In this document: positions 30,905 through 38,251 of the stretch, piece by piece | How the letters are laid out: each line of letters starts with the position of its first letter | How positions within the stretch are numbered: position 1 is the first letter of the stretch | From: Nanobdellota archaeon | GTDB lineage: Archaea > Nanobdellota > Nanobdellia > Woesearchaeales > GW2011-AR9 | Reading direction: 5' to 3' | DNA: 42,603 bases | NCBI GenBank assembly: GCA_038046425.1 | Contig: JBBSWG010000056.1 | Span: forward strand, 1 to 42,603 | Position numbers and translations under genes: made by a program | The notes under the pieces: model-generated | The model's input: the letters and a program-made list of their open reading frames with translations, nothing else | The model's database searches: none | What the model was told of the DNA's origin: nothing

Positions 30905-32872
30905 ATGAAGAAGATTATTTGGAGTACCTTGTTCCTCCTCTTTGCAGCCATCCTCTATGCCGATCCGCTTTACCTCGCCGATTCCCTGGTGCTTGAACTC
31001 AATGTCCAGGGCAGCTTTGATTTAATTGCCGAGAAACCAGCAGCCAAACTGCAGGAAGTCACCGCGGACCTCTTGCTCTTTCCCCAGATCGATTTCCGGC
31101 AAGAGCTCGTGACGATGGAAACAACGGGCCAGCGACAACAGAATAAGGTTGCGTTTGCTTGGAATGATCAAGCCATCGAAGGAAAGAAGTTTGGCTATTC
31201 CGCTCAGGTCCGCACCCAGAATAAACGGGTTACCGTATCACAAAAAAATTTCTTCCCGCTTTCTCCGGCTGAGATTCAGGGATTTGAGCAGTATCTTCAA
31301 CCCACCACAACGATTGACTCTAATGACCAGACCATAATTGCCCAAGCCACTAAACTGGCCGAGGGAGAAGACGATTTATTTAAAGTCGTCTTCAAAATTG
31401 CCAACTGGGTGGACGAGAACGTGAATTACGATTTAACGACTCTTACGGCGGAAACCTCCCAAAAAGCCAGCTGGGTCCTGGAGAATAAGCGTGGAGTCTG
31501 TGATGAAATGACCTCGTTATTTGTGGCCATGCTTCGCTCCCTGGGAATACCGGCGCGCTTTGTCTCGGGTGTGAGCTATACCACGTCCGATCTCTTTGAC
31601 TATCCCTGGCAGCCTCATGGCTGGGCGGAAGTATACTTCCCGGACATTGGCTGGGTGAGCTTTGATATTACCTTTGGCGAGTACGGCTACGTCGATGTCA
31701 CCCACGTCAAGCTGCGGGACGGGTTTGATCCCCAGGAACCAGCGACGAGGTTTGAATGGGTGGCTCAAGATGTTGATTTAAAGACGGAAAAACTAGAGGT
31801 TACCGCCCGCGTTGTCCAGCAGGGTCCGCCGGAAGAAGAAGAGGTACAGCTAGAGCAGGAGATCTTAACCGCTGAAGCGGGATTTGGTAGCTATAATCTC
31901 ATCAAAGGCATCCTGAAGAATAAAGCCAACTACTATGCTGCCTCGACATTGAAAGTTGCTGTCCCGGCGGAATTGGAGATTATCGGAAAAAATAAGCGGA
32001 CACTGCTGCTGGCACCCAAAGAAGTGCGGGAAACCTATTGGGTGGTCAAAGTACCGCCGAACCTGGATGAAAAGTTCATTTATACCTTTCCCGTTCTGAT
32101 GTACTCGGAAAAGAATGTTTCAGTGTCAGACCAATTTACCGTTCAGAGCGGAAAACAGTATTATTCCCAGGCGGATATTGAAAATCTCCTGGTGAAAGAT
32201 GAAGAAAAAACCTATTCGCGGAAAATCGCTTTTAGCTGTGATTATCCCCGGCAGATCAAACTGAATCAGCCGGCGAAAGTGCGCTGTATCGTTAAGAATA
32301 CCGGCAATGCTAATTTACAGGACCTCAACTTCTGTCTGGAGGGCGTGTGTGACCTTGTTGACCTTCCCATTAATCAGGAACAATCGGCCGCCATTACCCT
32401 GAAAGCAGACACGGTAGGTTGGAATAAAGTAATCGTCAGCGCAGAGAATGGTTTGGTGGAAAAAAAGTCGGTGTTGGAGTATCAGGTCCTGGACGATCCG
32501 CGGGTAACGGTAGTGATAGATTATCCGGAAACGGTAATTCTTGGAGAGAGTGTACCCCTCACTATCAAGGCCGAAAAAGCATCGTATAGTGAACCACGGG
32601 AGCTGGTCATCATGATTAAAGGGCTGGCTCAACAGCATAAAATTGAAGTGGAGGCGCTGGAGAAAGACCACTCTTTTCAGTTGGAGCTCAATAGTCAGCG
32701 TTTAACTCATTCTAACTGGCTTCAGGTAACCACGACTTGGAAGGATCAGGAAGGGGAAAGCTATGCGAGTCAGCAGATGATTCTTATCCGGGGAGAAGCG
32801 GCTGGTCCGGGCGGGAAATTAAGGCTGTGGTGGAATAAGGTGGTGGTGCTGCTGTATGGACAGAGGGGGTAA
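30905..32872 (+). CDS. secreted transglutaminase-like cysteine protease-fold protein with CARDB-like C-terminal domains
   Basis: I trimmed the start to the Met at 30905 (signal peptide MKKIIWSTLFLLFAAILYA). The core is GVCDEMTSLFVAMLRSLGIPARFVSG...HGWAEVYFPDIGWVSFD (Cys-His-Asp). TTTATAA lies about 30 nt upstream. Confidence 0.8.
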   Translation: MKKIIWSTLFLLFAAILYADPLYLADSLVLELNVQGSFDLIAEKPAAKLQEVTADLLLFPQIDFRQELVTMETTGQRQQNKVAFAWNDQAIEGKKFGYSAQVRTQNKRVTVSQKNFFPLSPAEIQGFEQYLQPTTTIDSNDQTIIAQATKLAEGEDDLFKVVFKIANWVDENVNYDLTTLTAETSQKASWVLENKRGVCDEMTSLFVAMLRSLGIPARFVSGVSYTTSDLFDYPWQPHGWAEVYFPDIGWVSFDITFGEYGYVDVTHVKLRDGFDPQEPATRFEWVAQDVDLKTEKLEVTARVVQQGPPEEEEVQLEQEILTAEAGFGSYNLIKGILKNKANYYAASTLKVAVPAELEIIGKNKRTLLLAPKEVRETYWVVKVPPNLDEKFIYTFPVLMYSEKNVSVSDQFTVQSGKQYYSQADIENLLVKDEEKTYSRKIAFSCDYPRQIKLNQPAKVRCIVKNTGNANLQDLNFCLEGVCDLVDLPINQEQSAAITLKADTVGWNKVIVSAENGLVEKKSVLEYQVLDDPRVTVVIDYPETVILGESVPLTIKAEKASYSEPRELVIMIKGLAQQHKIEVEALEKDHSFQLELNSQRLTHSNWLQVTTTWKDQEGESYASQQMILIRGEAAGPGGKLRLWWNKVVVLLYGQRG

Positions 32873-32879
32873 AGAGACG

Positions 32880-34187
32880 ATGAATCTCCCTTTCATCCCC
32901 CGCACCCTCCTGCTGAGCCTAACTTTTCTTCTGGCCGTACTCCTGCTCCCTCCAGTTCATACCTATCTCTTTCCCGCCATTCTTGTACTCTTCCTCCTCC
33001 TGCTCTTTAATTCCCGGAAAGAAACGGGGAAAGAAGCCCAGTATGATCGGTATCTGTTAGGCCTGCTGCTGCTCACGTTGGTAATGGCAAAATTGCTCTT
33101 CCCTGATCTTGACCAACTGACGCTCATCGTACGTACTTCTTCTCTCAGCGCTTTTGTATTACTCCACGCGGTCCTGCTGATTGGTCCCTGGTCACGCTTT
33201 TCCGCTGCCATACGAAAACTCTACTTCTATCGCCGGCATTTAGGCGTGGCGGTACTGTTGCTGGGAAGCTTACATGCTGCTTTAATCTTCTCCCGCTATT
33301 TTAATTACTCAGTACGAGACACGTTTGGCTCTATTTTCACTGTTTATGGTTTTACCGCTTTGTTCATTTTTCTCTGGCTCGGCGTGACTTCCTGGGATGA
33401 AATACAAAAACGTGTCTCGACACGATGGTGGAATATCGTCCATGGGCTGCTGATGATACTCTATGTAGGGCTGGCCATGTATTTATACGCTCTCCATAAG
33501 AATGAAACTGGGATCATCGCCCACGTGTTCGTTTTAGGATTATTTTTACTCTTCTGGATCATCGTGGCCCCTTACAGCCTGATCCGTAAAGTCCTCGCTA
33601 CCTATGTCTTCGGCTGGAAACAGCTCCATCTACTGATTTATGTTGCTTATATCTCGATTCTGCTGCACGCCTGGTTAGGCTTTTTCACGCTGCAGAACAG
33701 TATCATCAAGGGATTGTTTTGGTTCTCACCGATCTTGATATTTGGATCCCATGCTCTCGGTTGGCTGTACCGCTGGCGAAAAGATCAGCAGATTTATGGA
33801 GAGATACGGGAGATTAATCAACAAGTTATCGAGGGGGACAAAACTTTTATTGGCGTAGCTCGCCAGGATGATCTTCCCGAAGGAAAAGGAAAGAAAGTGT
33901 ACGTGAACCAGCAGCCCGTCGCCCTGTTTAGGCAAGGGAAGGAAATCTATGCTCTTTCCAGTGTTTGTGCTCACCAGAAAGGGCCTTTGGATCAGGGACG
34001 ATTAGTCCAAGGTGTTGTGGAATGTCCCTGGCATTACTGGACCTATGACATCACGACGGGAAGTTTCCTGGGGAAAGAGAACTTTTGCCTGCCACGGTAC
34101 GAAGTACGAGTCAAAAAGGGAGTAGTCTTGGTAAGCCGCGAGCCGGTGAATAAAGAAAAAGTTAAACACTGCTCGTTTTTCATCTAA
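32880..34187 (+). CDS. fusion of a ferric-reductase-like (YedZ/MsrQ-type) 6-TM domain and a C-terminal Rieske [2Fe-2S] domain
   Basis: The TM region has conserved His residues (LLHAVLLIGPW, YRRHLGVAVLLLGSLHA, LLHAWLGF). The C-terminus CAHQKGPLDQGRLVQGVVECPWH is a CxH-x16-CxxH Rieske motif. The start is taken as Met9 of the track ORF. Confidence 0.7.
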   Translation: MNLPFIPRTLLLSLTFLLAVLLLPPVHTYLFPAILVLFLLLLFNSRKETGKEAQYDRYLLGLLLLTLVMAKLLFPDLDQLTLIVRTSSLSAFVLLHAVLLIGPWSRFSAAIRKLYFYRRHLGVAVLLLGSLHAALIFSRYFNYSVRDTFGSIFTVYGFTALFIFLWLGVTSWDEIQKRVSTRWWNIVHGLLMILYVGLAMYLYALHKNETGIIAHVFVLGLFLLFWIIVAPYSLIRKVLATYVFGWKQLHLLIYVAYISILLHAWLGFFTLQNSIIKGLFWFSPILIFGSHALGWLYRWRKDQQIYGEIREINQQVIEGDKTFIGVARQDDLPEGKGKKVYVNQQPVALFRQGKEIYALSSVCAHQKGPLDQGRLVQGVVECPWHYWTYDITTGSFLGKENFCLPRYEVRVKKGVVLVSREPVNKEKVKHCSFFI

Positions 34188-34822
34188 TTCTTCTCATCCT
34201 TAAACTTAATTTTCCCATGACTGCCATCACAGAACGGCTTATTTTTACTTGCTCCACAGCGACAGAGCGTGTAATGTTCTAAAGAGTCGGGCCGGGAATT
34301 TATTTCATCACGCAATTCTACCCCGCCAACCACATAATAAGGCCCCTCCTTGGAGACCCTGATTCCCGGCTGACGGCTAAAGTCATCATAGATTTTCTGT
34401 TTGATTTTATAGCGGAGAGCACCGGAAGGACAGAGCCTGATGGTGGAAATGATCTTTTCCGCAGCCGCCTTATCTGGGTGAGGAACTCTTTTTCCATTCT
34501 CAAATGTCCAGAATACTTCCGGCGAGCGGCCGTCACAGAAGCCAGCGTGAGCACAAACCCCTTCGTTATCTGAAATAGTTACTTCTTTTCCTTGGAAATC
34601 ATGTCGCTCTTGAAGAGTCGCTCCCGGTAACTTGTCGCTATGAAACCTGATTTTTCCATGTGTACCGTCACAGTAGGGCTTGCTCTTAGAATGACCGCAG
34701 CGACAGAGAGCTGTTACCGGCTTGGTTTCCAGTGGCTGGTTATGAGAATTAGTGAAATGAGACAGTTGCCTGACGATATAGGGGCCATCGTTCATGACAT
34801 CGATGACTGGCTTTTCGGGCAT
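34184..34822 (-). CDS. CDGSH iron-sulfur protein (2x CDGSH domains flanking a mono-cluster 4Fe-4S-like segment)
   Basis: CRCGHSKSKPYCDGTHGK and CRCGASKNKPFCDGSHGK, with a central GVCAHAGFCDG...RLCPSGAL. I trimmed the start to the Met at 34822, because the longer track ORF overlaps the tRNA-Glu 3' end. It ends in TAG. Confidence 0.85.
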   Translation of the reverse strand: MPEKPVIDVMNDGPYIVRQLSHFTNSHNQPLETKPVTALCRCGHSKSKPYCDGTHGKIRFHSDKLPGATLQERHDFQGKEVTISDNEGVCAHAGFCDGRSPEVFWTFENGKRVPHPDKAAAEKIISTIRLCPSGALRYKIKQKIYDDFSRQPGIRVSKEGPYYVVGGVELRDEINSRPDSLEHYTLCRCGASKNKPFCDGSHGKIKFKDEKN

Positions 34823-34847
34823 GGTGGATTCCTGGTCAAGAAAAAAA

Positions 34848-35043
34848 TGCCTCGGCCGGGATTTTCGTTTTTCCCCCACGATAGGGGTTGATGAGGGGCT
34901 AGGCCCCTTATTTTCGAACCCGGGTCACCGCCTCGAAAGGGCAGTATGATAGTTTGTCCCTGGACAAACCCTACCGATCGAAGGTTTGTTGCGGTCCGGA
35001 TAGTGTTAACGTTACCAAGTAACGTTATCTACACCACCGAGGC
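34848..35043 (-). tRNA. tRNA-Glu (anticodon UUC), 196 nt, carrying a ~51-nt T-loop insertion and ~70 nt of extra sequence in the D-loop region
   Basis: Minus strand reads GCCTCGG-TG-GTGT-AG-[79 nt containing TATCCGG]-TCAT-A-CTGCC-CTTTCGA-GGCGG-TGAC-CCGGG-TTCGAA[51 nt]T-CCCGG-CCGAGGC-A, followed by T7. The acceptor (7 bp), anticodon (5 bp, one G-U) and T (5 bp) stems all pair. The D-stem GTGT/TCAT has the same pattern I recall from haloarchaeal tRNA-Glu. An A/T-rich box lies about 25-32 nt upstream. Confidence 0.8.
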
Positions 35044-35102
35044 ATTAGGGGCGTGAGCAGGGGATGGTTTAAAAAGATTACTCTAGAATTTTCGGTGTTG
35101 GT

Positions 35103-36014
35103 TTACACGGCCAGAGCCTGCAGGCTCATGCGGATAATCTCCTGATACAGAGGAACGTTATCCAAAACAAAGGTTTCCACCAAGGCCCCAAGCACGAGAA
35201 AAATCAGTCCGAACAGCAGCAAGTACAGGTTGAACCCAAAGACCTCCAGGAAACGCTCTGAGGCAAACTCTTCCAGCAGTACGTCCTTGGAGATGACGCT
35301 GCCGGCAATGGCCGCTAAGAAATACGAGATGGCTTCCAGAATCATGTGGGGAAAGACCACGAGCATGATCACACCAAAAAGGGCAAAGGGATTCTTCCCC
35401 GCGAATAAAGCAGCATTCTTAGCGGTGATGCCAAAGATCGCACCCCAGACAGAAGCATTCCAGGTGATTAAAAAGATAGCTCCGTCACCGGTCAGCAGGG
35501 CGAGTATGAAACACGCTACCAATACCATGAAATTGTTGCTGAGCAAGTCGAAGAAGAGATCACCGGAGAAACTGGTGGCGGCGGCACTGCTAGAAGTGGC
35601 CTGGCCGGCGATCGCATTCCCACTAAAACCCTGCCCGAAACGAATTTCCAGCTGCTCCCGGAACAAGGAGTTGGTCTGAACTGACGGCAGGAGCATCGTT
35701 CCCACGGAATAAACCAGCAGGATGCCCAAGAACAGGAAGATGTAGATGCGCACCACTTCGATGTCATCGCGCCACAAGCTGCGCATGCTTACTTTTTGTT
35801 CGACGGCTTCCTGGCGCTCTTCGATAGAAAAGATCTTGTACATCTCTGGCAATAGCAGCATGGAGGTAAAGGCGACGGCCACTAAAGCAGGGTCGCCGGG
35901 AAATAAGATAGTAGAAATAATCACGGCAATAATTGAGTACACGACCCCCAGAATAAATGCATATCTCCCTTTATTCTCCAGCCAGTCTTCGGGGAAGATA
36001 TGTTCTAAAACCAT
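35103..36014 (-). CDS. SpoIIM-like (DUF95) integral membrane protein
   Basis: The N-terminus MVLEHIFPEDWLENKGRYAFILGVVYSIIAVIIS and the 6-TM layout resemble archaeal stage II sporulation protein M-annotated proteins. Confidence 0.55.
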   Translation of the reverse strand: MVLEHIFPEDWLENKGRYAFILGVVYSIIAVIISTILFPGDPALVAVAFTSMLLLPEMYKIFSIEERQEAVEQKVSMRSLWRDDIEVVRIYIFLFLGILLVYSVGTMLLPSVQTNSLFREQLEIRFGQGFSGNAIAGQATSSSAAATSFSGDLFFDLLSNNFMVLVACFILALLTGDGAIFLITWNASVWGAIFGITAKNAALFAGKNPFALFGVIMLVVFPHMILEAISYFLAAIAGSVISKDVLLEEFASERFLEVFGFNLYLLLFGLIFLVLGALVETFVLDNVPLYQEIIRMSLQALAV

Positions 36015-36050
36015 TTCTGTGCCTCTTTCTCCTTAGAAAAACAATAAATA

Positions 36051-36058
36051 TTTATATA
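36051..36058. promoter_or_regulatory. TATA-like box TTTATATA between the SpoIIM-like gene and the hairpin-array element
   Basis: It lies 37 nt upstream of the ATG at 36014 (minus strand) and about 33 nt upstream of 36091 (plus strand). Confidence 0.4.
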
Positions 36059-36090
36059 CCTTCCGCTTTAGGGTAAATTATTCAGCTTTA

Positions 36091-36332
36091 TGAAGCGCCA
36101 CCAGCATCCTAAGGTCAAAACTCCTACGAGTTTCAGAAGCCGGCGCGTTGCGGGGGGTTGCCCCCTACGGTATCGAAAAGCGAAGCTTTTCGGGACACAC
36201 AAAAAGCATAAGCTTTTTGGTGCCCCGGAAACTTCGTTTCCGTGGACTTCCGAAAATCCCCGGGATTTTCGATAGGGACGCAGTGCCTGCGGAAAATAAA
36301 GCCAGAGTTTTGAAGATGCTGGTGGCGCTTCA
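36091..36332 (+). ncRNA. stem-closed array of six consecutive hairpins (242 nt); candidate structured RNA or 5' leader
   Basis: The closing stem TGAAGCGCCACCAGCATC (36091-36108) pairs with GATGCTGGTGGCGCTTCA (36315-36332), 18 bp perfect. Internal hairpins lie at 36152-36166, 36174-36192, 36200-36219, 36226-36242, 36251-36271 and 36279-36291. An alternative 12-bp pairing, 36309-36320 with 36361-36372, competes with the closing stem just upstream of the ATG at 36389. Confidence 0.4.
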
Positions 36333-36388
36333 CGGGAAGCGAGGAGAGCACCAATACCAGAGCATCTTCAAATCTCAAGGGGGGAAAC

Positions 36389-36685
36389 ATGACTTCGTAC
36401 AAAGCCAAAAGCGTGGTACTCAGCAGAAAGCCTGGTAAGGATCGTGACGGCTACTGGTCCGCTTTTATCGGCCTGTTTGATGAGAACAATCCCCATTTAA
36501 AGGCCAGAGAGCCGGTAAAAGTAGTAGAAATCAAGGACGTGGAGAAAGTACGTATTCGGGACTTGCGTAACATCTCGTATTATTTGATGGGGAATGACAT
36601 TGTGATCAATAATCTCGTCGAGCTGAATATTGAGGTGAAAGAGCATATCGTCACCTTAACCGGAAGGCAGGAGTTGCCGAAATAA
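36389..36685 (+). CDS. hypothetical protein (98 aa)
   Basis: ORF track. A G-rich stretch (GGGGGGA) lies 4-10 nt upstream of the ATG. No family recognised. Confidence 0.45.
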   Translation: MTSYKAKSVVLSRKPGKDRDGYWSAFIGLFDENNPHLKAREPVKVVEIKDVEKVRIRDLRNISYYLMGNDIVINNLVELNIEVKEHIVTLTGRQELPK

Positions 36686-36720
36686 GAGGGAAGGAAGATA
36701 GTGAAAATTTAAAAGTGGGA

Positions 36721-36819
36721 GCCACTGGACAAACCTACAAAACCAATAAAATCAAAGAATTTTCTACATTTAACCAATTATAAGCCATTTTCTGAAGCCA
36801 CTCACCCACTGGACAACCT
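36721..36819. promoter_or_regulatory. direct repeat CCACTGGACAA(A)CCT x2 flanking an AT-rich spacer, upstream of the radA operon promoter
   Basis: GCCACTGGACAAACCT at 36721-36736 and CCCACTGGACAACCT at 36805-36819. The second copy abuts the TATA-like GATATATAAATG at 36828-36838. Confidence 0.35.
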
Positions 36820-36950
36820 CGGCTAGGATATATAAATGAGTTCGTTCTTAAGATAAAACTGTAATCATCAAAACTGATGGTTACCCTCGCCAGCCTGCTT
36901 CGGCAGCTGGTCTGAAATAAAAACCGAAAGGAATAAAAGAGGTGTTTGAA

Positions 36951-37238
36951 ATGCAAACACAAAAAATAGGAAACATTGCGGGAGCTAATCTCCCGGAAAA
37001 GAAAATTAGGGCTGGTGCCGTCTCCGCGACGATCTGGCTCAACAAGGGCAAAACTGCGGCCGGAGAGGATACGGAATACCGAACCGTTGCCGTCGAACGC
37101 AGTTACCTGGATAAGGAGGGCAAATGGCAGACTACCAACAGCCTGCGCGTCAATGACCTGCCGAAGATGGCCGTGGTCGCCCAACGGGCCTATGAATATC
37201 TTGTTCTCAGTGAGCAGGATAATAAAGGGGTGTATTAA
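36951..37238 (+). CDS. hypothetical small protein (95 aa) translationally coupled to radA
   Basis: The ATG at 36951 is preceded by GAGGTG (the track start at 36942 is the GTG inside this SD-like motif). Its stop lies 1 nt before the radA ATG. The beta-rich sequence (AGAVSATIWLNKG...YRTVAVERSYLDKEGKWQTTNSLRVNDL) is faintly PC4/Pur-alpha/Whirly-like, which is speculative. Confidence 0.5.
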   Translation: MQTQKIGNIAGANLPEKKIRAGAVSATIWLNKGKTAAGEDTEYRTVAVERSYLDKEGKWQTTNSLRVNDLPKMAVVAQRAYEYLVLSEQDNKGVY

Positions 37239-37239
37239 G

Positions 37240-38205
37240 ATGGTAGAAGCAAAATTAGTGGTAAAAGTACAGAAAATGTCTATCTCGGATCTGCCAGGGG
37301 TAGGAGCAGCAACGGCTGAAAAGCTGGAGCAGGCCGGATATAAGGACTTGCTTTCCGTAGCCGTCGCGACGATTGGCGAGCTGGTAGAAATTGCCGGCGT
37401 TACGGAAACCATAGCCCGTAAGATGATCAACGCTGCGAGAGACAGCATGAAAATGGGCTTTGAGACGGGCATTGAAGTTCTTAAACGACGGGGAGCCGTC
37501 TTTAAAATCAGCACGAGCAGCCAAAATTTTGACACGATGATGGCTGGCGGGTTTGAAACTGGCAGCATTACCGAATGCTTTGGCGAGTTTGGCTGCGGGA
37601 AGACCCAGATCGGGCACATACTCTGCATCAATGCTTTAAAAGAAGATCCGGAAGCGTATGCGGTCTATATTGATACGGAAAACACTTTCCGTCCGGAACG
37701 GATTCAGCAACTGGCTATAGCTGCTAACATGGATCCGGAAGATCTGCTGAACCGGATTATGGTGGCCCGAGCATATAATTCTGACCACCAGATGCTCTTA
37801 ACGGAGAAAGTGGAAAGCCTGATCAGCGAGCAGGGACGGAAGATCCGTCTGATCGTTGTTGATAGCTTGACATCGCACTTTCGGGCAGAATTTATTGGCC
37901 GGGGAACGTTAGCCGAGCGGCAGCAAAAGTTGAATCGGCACATGCATGCCTTGTCCAAGATAGCGGGAACGCAGAACATCTGTGTCTATGTGACCAACCA
38001 AGTCATGGCTAAGCCGGACCAATTCTTTGGCGACCCGACGACCGCTATTGGTGGCCATGTTGTTGGCCATGCTTCAACCTTTAGAATCTATCTCCGCAAG
38101 GGGAAGAAAGGGACAAGGGTAGCTCGATTATTGGATGCGCCGAACTTACCGGATGCGGAAACAGTATTTGAGTTGACGGAAGGCGGATTAAGGGATGTGA
38201 ACTAA
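37240..38205 (+). CDS. radA: DNA repair and recombination protein RadA
   Basis: HhH N-domain (ISDLPGVGAATAEKLEQAGYKDLLSVA), Walker A GEFGCGKTQ, and Walker B LIVVDSLTSHFR. I trimmed the start to the Met at 37240; the track ORF begins 264 nt upstream in the overlapping frame. Confidence 0.95.
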   Translation: MVEAKLVVKVQKMSISDLPGVGAATAEKLEQAGYKDLLSVAVATIGELVEIAGVTETIARKMINAARDSMKMGFETGIEVLKRRGAVFKISTSSQNFDTMMAGGFETGSITECFGEFGCGKTQIGHILCINALKEDPEAYAVYIDTENTFRPERIQQLAIAANMDPEDLLNRIMVARAYNSDHQMLLTEKVESLISEQGRKIRLIVVDSLTSHFRAEFIGRGTLAERQQKLNRHMHALSKIAGTQNICVYVTNQVMAKPDQFFGDPTTAIGGHVVGHASTFRIYLRKGKKGTRVARLLDAPNLPDAETVFELTEGGLRDVN

Positions 38206-38251
38206 ACGATTAACTTTTCTTTTTATTTTTTTCTTTTGTAAAAAGAGGATC

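Noticed and set aside
36015-36950. A replication origin: a long, mostly non-coding stretch with hairpins, an AT-rich spacer and CCACTGGA cores reminiscent of the reverse complement of the mini-ORB TTCCAGTGGAAAC.
   Set aside because: There is no orc1/cdc6 gene nearby. The repeats are direct rather than inverted around the AT-rich segment, only 8 of about 13 ORB positions match, and the proximal copy is positioned like an ordinary promoter-proximal operator.
36735-37631. Long ORFs overlapping better-supported features on the other strand or frame. Examples: 36735..37631(-), 16865..17422(-), 1053..1550(-), 4211..4519(-), 4607..5002(-), 14749..15180(-), 35230..35679(+), 28183..28557(-), 349..570(+), 6695..6985(-), 39915..40166(-).
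   Set aside because: Each lies antisense to, or out of frame with, a gene that has clear family motifs, or it crosses a structured non-coding element. Their products are low-complexity or Arg/Ser/Pro-rich, as is typical of shadow ORFs.
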